Shown here in pieces: positions 56,684-64,000 of a stretch of 64,000 bases of DNA. The notes under the pieces were generated by a model. The model was given only the letters and a program-made list of their open reading frames with translations, made no database searches and was not told the origin of the DNA. A program made the translations under genes and the position numbers. The stretch lies in NCBI GenBank assembly GCA_021162615.1, contig JAGGYH010000090.1, positions 22,800 through 86,799 of the forward strand, written 5' to 3'. Origin of the DNA: Candidatus Aminicenantes bacterium. Its GTDB lineage: Bacteria > Acidobacteriota > Aminicenantia > Aminicenantales > Aminicenantaceae. Positions within the stretch are counted from its first letter, which is position 1. Every line of letters begins with the position of its first letter.

Positions 56684-56709
56684 TGAACCTTTTTTCCTCA
56701 TGCTCCGTA
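56684..56709 (+). promoter_or_regulatory. ECF-type promoter (TGAACC-N16-CGTA)
   Basis: TGAACC at 56684-56689, a 16-nt spacer, then CGTA at 56706-56709. This lies about 27-33 nt upstream of the first gene of the ECF cluster and matches the general ECF pattern (G)GAAC-N16/17-CGT. Confidence 0.5.
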
Positions 56710-56735
56710 ATAACAGGTGAAAGAAACATACGGAG

Positions 56736-57146
56736 ATGAAAATGAAATCAGCGAAAAAATGGATAGGAATTTGCGGGATTCTTCCTCTTGTGCTCTTGCT
56801 AAGCGGATGTTTTTGTGTTGAAGTGAAAAACAACGTAAGAAATCCGGACAAGTATTTCAATGAGGCTCACCGCCAAATCAGAAGGCTTCACCATCAGTAC
56901 CCTGACAGAAGAGGGCCTGTCTCTACGATCAATGTTTTGGTTTACGAGAAGTCAGAACGGCAGCTTATAAGAGTTGAGGCCCCTTTGTGGATTATTGACG
57001 CGGGTATGGATTACTGCGATACTTATGATATTGACACAGACTGTGATTTCAAATTTAGCGATATCGATGACCTAAGGGATTTAGGTCCGGGGATGCTTAT
57101 GGAAGCAGACAGCGAGGACAGTATGATCCTGATTTGGGTAGAATAG
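56736..57146 (+). CDS. Small lipoprotein carrying the shared C-terminal '...ILIWVE' module (P1)
   Basis: Lipobox LLLSGC. The C-terminal ~75 aa align with the C-termini of the 58606 and 59463 products. The true start may be ATG 56742, which has better spacing to GGAG. Confidence 0.55.
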   Translation: MKMKSAKKWIGICGILPLVLLLSGCFCVEVKNNVRNPDKYFNEAHRQIRRLHHQYPDRRGPVSTINVLVYEKSERQLIRVEAPLWIIDAGMDYCDTYDIDTDCDFKFSDIDDLRDLGPGMLMEADSEDSMILIWVE

Positions 57147-57174
57147 CTCTCTTCCTCTTTAAGGATCAAAAGGA

Positions 57175-57792
57175 TTGTTTGAGCTTGTTATAAACGGCAA
57201 ACAAATGCAGAGTCAAGCGGTTTCAGCGGAAATGGATAACATCACTGTTCTTGCTGAAAGAGCTAAACAAGGAGACCGGGAGGCATTCATGACGATAACC
57301 AGCCTGTTTCAGAAAAATGTTTTTCAGCTTGCCTACTCCTTTTTCCGGAACAGAGAAGATGCTCTGGACATTGTTCAGGATACCTTTTTAAGGCTTTATA
57401 AAAAAATCCAGTTTTACGAAAGAGATAAAAGCTTTAAAAGCTGGGTCCTCCAAATCGCCAAAAACCTCTGCATAGACCGCTACAGAAAAAATCACAATAA
57501 ACACGACAATAAAGCCATGGGAAGCGCTGAAATGGACAGCCTCCCCTTCACAGATAAGACAGACACAGAGACAAACTCAGATACAGATATAAAAAGAATC
57601 ATTTCCAAATGTTTGAAAGAACTTCCCGAGAGGCAGCGCATGATATTTGTGATGAAGCACTACAACGAGCTCAAATACACGGAGATCGCCGAAACCCTTG
57701 GCGTTGCTGTGGGAACAGCCAAATCGCTTCATTACAAAGCGGTAAATAATTTAAGAAATCTAATGAACCCTTATTTAGGGAGGCCGTTATGA
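57175..57792 (+). CDS. ECF-type RNA polymerase sigma factor (sigma-70 family group 4)
   Basis: Region 2 (FQKNVFQLAYSFFRNREDALDIVQDTFLRLYKK...SFKSWVLQIAKNLCIDRYRK) and region 4 (LPERQRMIFVMKHYNELKYTEIAETLGVAVGTAKSLHYKAVNNLR). The start is uncertain (TTG 57175, ATG 57205 or ATG 57232). Confidence 0.85.
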   Translation: MFELVINGKQMQSQAVSAEMDNITVLAERAKQGDREAFMTITSLFQKNVFQLAYSFFRNREDALDIVQDTFLRLYKKIQFYERDKSFKSWVLQIAKNLCIDRYRKNHNKHDNKAMGSAEMDSLPFTDKTDTETNSDTDIKRIISKCLKELPERQRMIFVMKHYNELKYTEIAETLGVAVGTAKSLHYKAVNNLRNLMNPYLGRPL

Positions 57793-58604
57793 AAGACTGC
57801 AAAAAGATAAAAAAAGATATGGTGGCATACATATATAATGACACAGATGAGAAGACGAGCCGGGAAATAAAAGCCCACCTGGAATCCTGCCCTGAATGCC
57901 GGCGTGAACATAAGGAATTGAGAAAGGTTCTTTTGTATGCGGACTCGTTGAAAGAAGATATAGATAACGCTGTGGAATCAGTGGAGTGGGATGAGCTTCC
58001 TTCCCAGATCGCTGAGCGTGCTTTTTCCAAAAAATACAGCCGGAGCCATCACAAAGGAGAAGCATCCAAAAGATTTCTCAGTTCCATTTTAACCCCCAAA
58101 TGGGCTCCGGTCTACGCAGCGCTTTTGGCAGGGATCATCATCGGAGGCGCCCTGACTTTTATTTTCCTCCGTCCGGGAGCAGCCCCTGAGGGCACATCCC
58201 CTTCTCCTTTCATGGTCTCCAGCGACTTTATCGAAACCATGGATGTGGAGATGGCGCGGCGTGAGACTCTGGATTATCTGGATCAGAGCAAGTATTTGCT
58301 GCTTGATTTTGTGCAGGCCTCTCCTGAAGGCGCTGCCCAATACTGGAAGAGCGATTTTGTGGAGGCCAAGACAAGCGAGCTTCTCTCTAAAAAGAGATAC
58401 ATGAACCAGCAGCTGGATAAATACCACATGGCCAAAGCCAAAGCCATTTGCGACCAGATAGAAATCCTCCTCCTGGAGCTTACCGGGATGAGTGGAGAGC
58501 TGTCAGACGCTGAGCGAGATCAGATACGCGAGCTTATCGAACAGAGGCAGATTATATTAAAGATAAATCTCATCAAAAAAGAATTACAACAAAGCGAGGT
58601 CTAA
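57789..58604 (+). CDS. Anti-sigma factor, zf-HC2 (ZAS-like) with one TM and a helical extracytoplasmic domain
   Basis: N-terminal C-x25-H-x3-C-x2-C (MKDC...KAHLESCPEC) and TM WAPVYAALLAGIIIGGALTFIFL. ATGA overlap with the sigma gene. Confidence 0.75.
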   Translation: MKDCKKIKKDMVAYIYNDTDEKTSREIKAHLESCPECRREHKELRKVLLYADSLKEDIDNAVESVEWDELPSQIAERAFSKKYSRSHHKGEASKRFLSSILTPKWAPVYAALLAGIIIGGALTFIFLRPGAAPEGTSPSPFMVSSDFIETMDVEMARRETLDYLDQSKYLLLDFVQASPEGAAQYWKSDFVEAKTSELLSKKRYMNQQLDKYHMAKAKAICDQIEILLLELTGMSGELSDAERDQIRELIEQRQIILKINLIKKELQQSEV

Positions 58605-58605
58605 A

Positions 58606-59448
58606 GTGAGAAAAACAAAAACAGCACTGGCTCTACTGGTTATGGCGTTTTCTTTTCTTCAGGTATATGCCCAGGCACCATCGGACAAGGAGTTGTTACA
58701 GGAAGCAAAAATCCTGATTTTCGATAAAAAATGGGAACAGGCGCAGCAAAAACTGGACGACCTCCTTGTGCGTTACTCTGACAGCCCTCTTTATTCACGG
58801 GCGCTTTTTTACAAGGGCAAATGCCTGTCAGAACAGGAAGGCGAAGAGAGAAAAGCCATAGAGGTGTATAAACAGTATAAAGGCCGTAAAGACGCGGATA
58901 AGAATTTGATACAAGAGTCAGAGATAAAGATCATCGATCTTTCCTTCGATCTCTATGAACAGGGCAGAACTTCATATATTGATGAAATAGAACAGTCACT
59001 CCGAAGCAGAGACAAAGCCGTAAGATATTATGCGGCTATCAAATTGAGTAAAGTATCGGATAAGAGCACAGCCAGAAAAGGGCTTCCCGTGCTTAAAGAC
59101 ATTCTCGAGCGGGAAAAAGATACGGAACTGCGCGATCTGGCCAAACTGGCTGTTCTGAGAATCGATCCGGATGAACTGGAAAACATCCAAGACCATGAAT
59201 ATGAAACCAGGCCCAGGATGCTCTGCATAAGAATTTATGACAGAGGAGAGGAAGAGGCAAGTTTCTCTCTGAACATCCCCTGGGCTCTGGCTGACCTGGC
59301 CCTCAGCTCGATTCCGGAAGAAGATAAACAGAAGATGAGGGATGAAGGGTATGATTTGGATGACATTATGAAAGAACTCACCAAAATCAAGGGAAATATC
59401 CTTGAGATAAAAAGTGAAGACAGCTTAATAAAGATTTGGATTGAATGA
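58606..59448 (+). CDS. Secreted TPR/HEAT-like repeat protein carrying the shared C-terminal '...LIKIWIE' module (P3)
   Basis: Signal peptide (..FLQVYAQAP), a YbgF-like TPR segment (WEQAQQKLDDLLVRYSDSPLYSRALFYKGKC) and a HEAT-like segment (RSRDKAVRYYAAIKL...LRDLAKLAVLRI), then the shared module. GTG start 1 nt after the anti-sigma stop, preceded by GAGG. Confidence 0.55.
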   Translation: MRKTKTALALLVMAFSFLQVYAQAPSDKELLQEAKILIFDKKWEQAQQKLDDLLVRYSDSPLYSRALFYKGKCLSEQEGEERKAIEVYKQYKGRKDADKNLIQESEIKIIDLSFDLYEQGRTSYIDEIEQSLRSRDKAVRYYAAIKLSKVSDKSTARKGLPVLKDILEREKDTELRDLAKLAVLRIDPDELENIQDHEYETRPRMLCIRIYDRGEEEASFSLNIPWALADLALSSIPEEDKQKMRDEGYDLDDIMKELTKIKGNILEIKSEDSLIKIWIE

Positions 59449-59462
59449 CACCAAGGAGGCAT

Positions 59463-59846
59463 ATGATGAAAAAAATAACAATTTTCGTTTTACTGGCATT
59501 TGCTTTAAGTCTGGCTCCGGCTCACATGCTCATGGCTGAGGGCAATGAACTTCAGACCATTAAGAAAGCCGTAAAAAAGAACCCGAATATCGATCCGGGC
59601 CAGGAAGTCAAATGGTTCAAGGTCCTTATCACAGACACAAGAAGCAAAAAAGAAAAAGTGAAGATCACACTGCCCGTATCCCTCATAGAGCTGATTCTGG
59701 AAGCAGACCATGACCACTTCAGGATAGACAGAGACGAATACGATGTGGACATCAGGGAGATCTTCAGGGAGCTCAAAAAAGCAGGCCCCATGGCTATCAT
59801 AGAGATTTGCGAAGACGGCGAGCTCATCAAAGTGTGGTTCGAATAG
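59463..59846 (+). CDS. Small secreted protein consisting of a signal peptide plus the shared '...LIKVWFE' module (P4)
   Basis: Signal peptide MMKKITIFVLLAFALSLAPAHMLMA. RBS AAGGAGG at 59453-59459. Followed by a strong terminator. Confidence 0.5.
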   Translation: MMKKITIFVLLAFALSLAPAHMLMAEGNELQTIKKAVKKNPNIDPGQEVKWFKVLITDTRSKKEKVKITLPVSLIELILEADHDHFRIDRDEYDVDIREIFRELKKAGPMAIIEICEDGELIKVWFE

Positions 59847-59866
59847 GTTACCTGCGCATCAACCAA

Positions 59867-59895
59867 GGGCAGCCTCCAGGCTGCCCTTTTTTTTT
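59867..59895 (+). terminator. Rho-independent terminator of the ECF operon
   Basis: GGGCAGCC (59867-59874), loop TCCA, GGCTGCCC (59879-59886), then T9 (59887-59895). Confidence 0.75.
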
Positions 59896-59934
59896 GGATT
59901 TCCTTTATTTTATATTATTTTAGGGGTCGTACCG

Positions 59935-60064
59935 CATTGACTTATTCATAATAAAAAAGTGAGCATAATTTAACCTGGATGATGAGCGAGTCGGGTTTGC
60001 TGCAGATGAAGGGCACCGGGATCGCCCCTGGTTTAAAATATCTCTAAACTGGCTTATTCATCCA
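59935..60064. repeat. Degenerate family-2 repeat element
   Basis: CATTGACTTATTCATAATAAAAAAGTGAGCATAATTTAACC parallels the left arm of 14203-14250. An R2 box CCTGGATGATGAGCGAGTCGGGTT lies at 59974-59997, and a second CTTATTCAT core at 60048-60064. Confidence 0.45.
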
Positions 60065-60128
60065 TGCTTTAGTATAATAGCGCCGTGTTCGGAATATTCT
60101 CGATTGAAAGTTTAAACAAAGCGTTCCT

Positions 60129-60866
60129 GTGAAAAAAGGCGTCCGAAAGATCTACCAAGAGGTAGCTCCCACTTATGAGCTCATCAACCATGTGCTTACC
60201 TTAGGAATGGATATTTTATGGAGAAAACGCGCTGCCTGGATAGCAGCGAAAATCAGGGCCGGCGAAAAATACGCTTCCCCTACATCCCGCCCATTCCGCA
60301 TACTGGATGTGTGCAGCGGAACAGGGGAGATGGCCCGGGACCTGGCTGTCCGTATGGACAGGAAAAAAGCGCTCAAAGCAGAGATCTATGCGGCAGACGG
60401 AAGCCCGTCCATGATTCACAGGGCTAAAAACAAAGAACATCTCCGCTCAGTCAGATTCACCCTTGCGGACGCAGGAAATCTTCCGTTTCCTGACAGCACC
60501 TTTGACCTCATCACCATCTCTTTTTCCACCAGGAATCTCAATCCCAATCCACAGGCCATGTTATCTTATCTAAGGGAATTCTTCCGCATCCTTAAACCGG
60601 AAGGCACTTTCCTGAATCTGGAGACCAGCCAGCCCCCTCTGCCGGTCATTAAAACGCTCTATCATCTTTATATACGTTTGATAGTCAAACCGGCAGGGTA
60701 TCTCATTTCAGGGTCCAGAGCAGGGTACAATTACCTATCTTACACCATGCCCCGATTTTATGATGCCCCGGAATTTTCAGCCCTCTGCCGCAAAGCCGGA
60801 TTTTCCTTTATCCAGCACAGCCTGCTGTTTTTAGGAGCGGCGGCCATCCACACCGCCCGGAAATAG
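60129..60866 (+). CDS. ubiE: Class I SAM-dependent methyltransferase, UbiE/MenG (demethylmenaquinone methyltransferase) family
   Basis: YELINHVLTLGMDILWRK (UbiE-type N-terminus), SAM motif ILDVCSGTGEMA, and LKPEGTFLNLE. GTG start. Confidence 0.75.
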   Translation: MKKGVRKIYQEVAPTYELINHVLTLGMDILWRKRAAWIAAKIRAGEKYASPTSRPFRILDVCSGTGEMARDLAVRMDRKKALKAEIYAADGSPSMIHRAKNKEHLRSVRFTLADAGNLPFPDSTFDLITISFSTRNLNPNPQAMLSYLREFFRILKPEGTFLNLETSQPPLPVIKTLYHLYIRLIVKPAGYLISGSRAGYNYLSYTMPRFYDAPEFSALCRKAGFSFIQHSLLFLGAAAIHTARK

Positions 60867-60920
60867 CTAGAAATTTCCATTATCTCTGTGGTATACTAAG
60901 CGATTAATTTGAGCATAAAA

Positions 60921-62969
60921 ATGAAAAATTTATCAAGATGCCTGCTAAGCCTTGTATTCACCGTTCTCCTGTTCTCTGGTCTATCTGCACAGTCACAATG
61001 GAAGCTCAAACAAATCACTGCGAAAAGGACAAAAAGTCACATAAAAATAGACGGCTTTTTAGACGAGGCTGACTGGAAAGAAGCCTCAAAAGCAGCGGAC
61101 TTTATCCAGATTGAGCCGGAAAAAGGGAGCCCTGCTTCAGAGAAGACCGTTGTCAGTGTCCTGTTCGACGGCCGGTCAATTTATTTTGGATTCTGGTGTA
61201 CTGACTCAGAACCCAAAAAGATTGCGGCCCGGATGACCAAGAGAGACATGGACCTCCGCTCAGACGACTCGGTATATGTTCTTATCGATACCTTCCATGA
61301 CCGGAGAAGCTGTTATTTTGTCTGCACCAATCCCTTAGGGACACAGTGGGACGGCCGTATCACAGAAAACGGCCGGACTGTTGATTCCACCTGGGATGGG
61401 ATATGGAAATCCGCGGCTCAGAGAACTGATTTCGGCTGGACAGCTGAGTTTGCTGTGGAGCTGAGAAGTCTCAAATATGAGCCCGGCGAAGAAAAAACAT
61501 GGGGATTGAATTTAGGCCGCGGGATTCCCCGGAAACTGGAGTTCAGCTTCTGGACGGGACCGATGGAGTCCGCTTATAAGGTTTCACAGTTCGGAGAACT
61601 GACTGGCCTGGACCTTAAGAAAGCAGCTAAAAAGATTCAGGTCATTCCTCACTTTATCTCCAAAGCGGAAGAAGGGAAAAAGACCACTGCCCAGGCAGGG
61701 CTGGACGCCCGGTATGCATTTTCTCAAGCTGTCTCCGGGAATTTCACCGTCAATCCAGATTTTGCCACAGTTGAAGCAGATCAGGAGGTCATCAACCTCA
61801 CACGTTTTGAAACTTATCTCTCAGAGAAGAGAAACTTTTTTTTGGAAGGAAGTGAGATTTACAAGCAGCGAATTAATTTGTTTTATTCGCGGAGGATTTC
61901 AGATATTTATGGAGGGGCCAAAGTCTATGGAAAAGTCAAGAGCTTCGAATTCCAGGGGTTGACTGCTCAAACCAAAGAAAACCAGGACGCAGGGGAGGGC
62001 TCTGCTAATTTCACGGTCTTTCGTTTGAAAAAAGATGTGATGAAATCGTCAAACATCGGATTCACAGCAGCCAACAAACTGATAAATGGAAAAAATTCGG
62101 GAACAACAGGAATGGATGCGGCCTTGTACTTTTCAGATAGATTTAAGTTCACAGGCCAGCTGGCCCTGAGCTATGGAGATAAAAATACAGACAACGTCGC
62201 TTTTTTTCTCCGTCCCAGCTATGACACCTCCACATTTCACATCCATCTTCGATACACTCAATTAGGAGGAAACTTCGCAGATAATGCCAACACCGTAGGA
62301 TTTGTCCGGGATGACAACCGGAGAGAGCTGGATTCGGCCTTATCCAAGACATTTTTCCCGAAAAAATTGGGATTTGAACGCATTGAGTATAGCTCAAACT
62401 ACAATATCTATTGGGGCTTGGATGGAACACTGAGAAGCTGGAAAATCGACCAGGAAGTGGATTTTGATTTAAAAAACAAATTTTCCTTTAGTTTGGAGCA
62501 TCACGAAGAGTTCAAATTGTATGAGAAAGAATTCAGAAACCGCCAGAGCGAACTTGAAATAGGATACAATACAAGAGAATGGCAGCATGCGGCTTTTTCT
62601 TACAGCTTTGGGCAAAACTTTGACAGGGATTTTCACATGCTCGAGGGAGAGGTCAATTTTAAACTGACCCGGGATTTTTCAGCCTCTTATGGATTAGAAC
62701 GCGTTCTGTTCGATCCTGACCCTGAAAACGAAAGCACCTGGATCCATGTTCTGAGGGCTACCAATTATTTTACCAATGACTTGTTCGTAAAACTTTTTTA
62801 CCAGATCAACACCGCAATCGACAAAAGCAATGTCCAGGTCCTGTTTGTATATCGTTTTCAACCTCCTTTTGGATCTGTACAAATCGCTTACCAGAAAGGA
62901 ACCGGCGAATTCGGCGAAAGAGGGGTTCAAGGGAATACTCTGTTCCTCAAATTCGCCTATATGTTTTGA
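60921..62969 (+). CDS. CBM9-like / DUF5916-type outer-membrane-associated beta-barrel protein
   Basis: Signal peptide, then IKIDGFLDEADWKEASKAADFIQIEPEKGSPASEKTVVSVLFDGRSIYFGFWCTD...DDSVYVLIDTFHDRR (carbohydrate-binding family 9-like). A long beta-rich body ends ...LFLKFAYMF. Confidence 0.65.
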   Translation: MKNLSRCLLSLVFTVLLFSGLSAQSQWKLKQITAKRTKSHIKIDGFLDEADWKEASKAADFIQIEPEKGSPASEKTVVSVLFDGRSIYFGFWCTDSEPKKIAARMTKRDMDLRSDDSVYVLIDTFHDRRSCYFVCTNPLGTQWDGRITENGRTVDSTWDGIWKSAAQRTDFGWTAEFAVELRSLKYEPGEEKTWGLNLGRGIPRKLEFSFWTGPMESAYKVSQFGELTGLDLKKAAKKIQVIPHFISKAEEGKKTTAQAGLDARYAFSQAVSGNFTVNPDFATVEADQEVINLTRFETYLSEKRNFFLEGSEIYKQRINLFYSRRISDIYGGAKVYGKVKSFEFQGLTAQTKENQDAGEGSANFTVFRLKKDVMKSSNIGFTAANKLINGKNSGTTGMDAALYFSDRFKFTGQLALSYGDKNTDNVAFFLRPSYDTSTFHIHLRYTQLGGNFADNANTVGFVRDDNRRELDSALSKTFFPKKLGFERIEYSSNYNIYWGLDGTLRSWKIDQEVDFDLKNKFSFSLEHHEEFKLYEKEFRNRQSELEIGYNTREWQHAAFSYSFGQNFDRDFHMLEGEVNFKLTRDFSASYGLERVLFDPDPENESTWIHVLRATNYFTNDLFVKLFYQINTAIDKSNVQVLFVYRFQPPFGSVQIAYQKGTGEFGERGVQGNTLFLKFAYMF

Positions 62970-63258
62970 GAGAACTCCCTTTCCTGATATTTGTTCATCA
63001 TCCAGGTCAGTTATCTGCACTAATCTGCACTAATAGGCATGCAGAGAAGAGTTAAAAGGTTGCTGCCTGCCCATCAAACTCATTCTAAGCCCCATTTTAA
63101 CTGTGTCTCATGACAGGCTCTATGTGGCGGATGAGGATTCAGAGGGCAGTCATTTTATAAAAAAGCACAAAATCACATGGAAAAAGCAGTGAGAAGGGAC
63201 TCCTTCTCCTTGATTTTTTCTGCCAATCGCATATGATTATTCCGAAAGGAGGGCAAAA

Positions 63259-63582
63259 ATGGATGTGTGGATAGTCATAGGGTATCTGCTCCTGGGAGGC
63301 CTGCTCGGCGCTGTGGGCCAGTGCCTGCGGGTGGTCGTGGGCCTAAAAAAGAGGCATGACGAGGCCGTTCAAAAGGGAAAATCCATTAAAGAGCTTTTCG
63401 ATAAAACAAAGATGTGGACCAGCTTTCTCATCGCTTTTATTGTGGGGATCGCTGCCGGTGTGCTGGGCATTGTCAATTTCATGGGGCAGGCGATCACAAG
63501 CCAGTTCATACTGACCCTCATAGGCATTGGATATATGGGAACGGATTTCATAGAGGGCCTCCTCATCAAAAAAGTCTATTAG
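63259..63582 (+). CDS. Hypothetical small membrane protein (3 predicted TM helices)
   Basis: 107 aa. Hydrophobic segments are WIVIGYLLLGGLLGAVGQCL, WTSFLIAFIVGIAAGVLGIV and FILTLIGIGYMGTDFI. RBS AAAGGAGGG precedes the start. No recognisable family. Confidence 0.4.
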   Translation: MDVWIVIGYLLLGGLLGAVGQCLRVVVGLKKRHDEAVQKGKSIKELFDKTKMWTSFLIAFIVGIAAGVLGIVNFMGQAITSQFILTLIGIGYMGTDFIEGLLIKKVY

Positions 63583-63712
63583 GCCTTTACACGCTTTAAA
63601 ACATATAGATCGAATCGGCAATAGATATCTCTCAATAACCGGTGCCCGCTAGAATTTTCTTGAGCTGCGTGGTGATCTCAATATGCTTCGTTTCACAATG
63701 AGATTGCCGCAT

Positions 63713-63982
63713 CTAAGTATCAATAAAATCTTTTGGTTCGGTTCTACTCACGATACAGCTCAATTTGTTAGAGGCGATGTTATCAAGATTATCGATTAAG
63801 AGGCTGTGGTATTCAGCTCTTTTTATTTCCAGTATTCTGTCCACTCTGAAATTTCTGTCTTCACTGCGCAGATAACAATAGGCTTCAACTCCCTGAAAAG
63901 TCTTATCTTTATACCAAACTCAAAATAATATAAGTGATTCATCGGTTTCCTGCTTTTCGGTAAATATCACGCCTGTGACCTA
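63713..63982 (-). pseudogene. WYL-domain remnant interrupted by in-frame stops
   Basis: The minus-strand frame reads ...VTGVIFTEKQETDESLILF*VWYKDKTFQGVEAYCYLRSEDRNFRVDRILEIKRAEY...DT*. The A-Y-C-x-L-R-x3-R-x-F-R-x-D-R-I core is the WYL-domain signature. In-frame TGA (63920-63922) and TAG (63980-63982), with no start codon downstream of them. Confidence 0.35.
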
Positions 63983-64000
63983 TTTTAATGACCCAAACAG

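Noticed and set aside
63011-63033. Tandem direct repeat CTGCACTAAT x2, checked as a possible CRISPR or array seed
   Set aside because: There are only two 10-bp units with no spacers, and no cas genes or further repeats. This is too small to call anything.
63920-63982. Stop-codon recoding (TGA or TAG read through) as an explanation for the interrupted WYL frame
   Set aside because: TGA terminates several well-supported genes in this window (tal, sppA, the ECF sigma gene), and two different stop codons would both need recoding. A pseudogene is the simpler reading.

Overview
This is a 64-kb chromosomal window from a diderm bacterium, shown by TamB, BamA, a PilQ secretin and FadL-type and other beta-barrel proteins. 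GC looks low to moderate, and I cannot assign a lineage without a database search. I call about 55 protein genes and one tRNA-Phe, and I saw no rRNA, CRISPR array, integrase or transposase. All homology calls come from motif recognition by eye, with no searches run.

Positions 1-46 kb are mostly housekeeping genes:
- a transaldolase and a three-gene biotin-dependent acyl-CoA carboxylase
- tamB-bamA plus a SurA_N-like chaperone, then fabD
- a minus-strand HAD phosphatase / CDP-alcohol phosphatidyltransferase pair
- mutS, clpB, a FadL-like outer-membrane protein, galU and tRNA-Phe
- a long translationally coupled array: DUF465, an Asd-like protein, msbA-like, yicC, gmk, coaBC, a family-4 UDG and priA
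- a minus-strand pilMNOPQ operon with two extra lipoproteins, then coaD
- pcm, a phosphohexomutase, ftsB, a UvrD-type helicase fused to an Fe-S nuclease, and sppA

Positions 46-64 kb look more accessory:
- a collapsed natAB-like ABC transporter pseudogene, then copA
- a membrane-anchored HTH protein with a beta-propeller-like ectodomain
- a TetR gene with a palindromic operator, followed by an outer-membrane barrel and two tandem M14 carboxypeptidase paralogs, one catalytically degenerate
- an ECF sigma/anti-sigma operon embedded among three secreted proteins that share an unrecognised C-terminal module
- ubiE/menG, a CBM9/DUF5916-type barrel, a small membrane protein and a WYL-domain remnant at the right edge

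Two MITE-like or REP-like repeat families are scattered through the intergenic spacers.

The best candidates for something undescribed are, in order:
1. the ECF operon with its triplicated '...IKIW(I/V/F)E' C-terminal module
2. the two repeat families
3. a PriA with every helicase motif degenerate
4. the active plus pseudo M14 pair
5. the HTH-TM-propeller one-component protein
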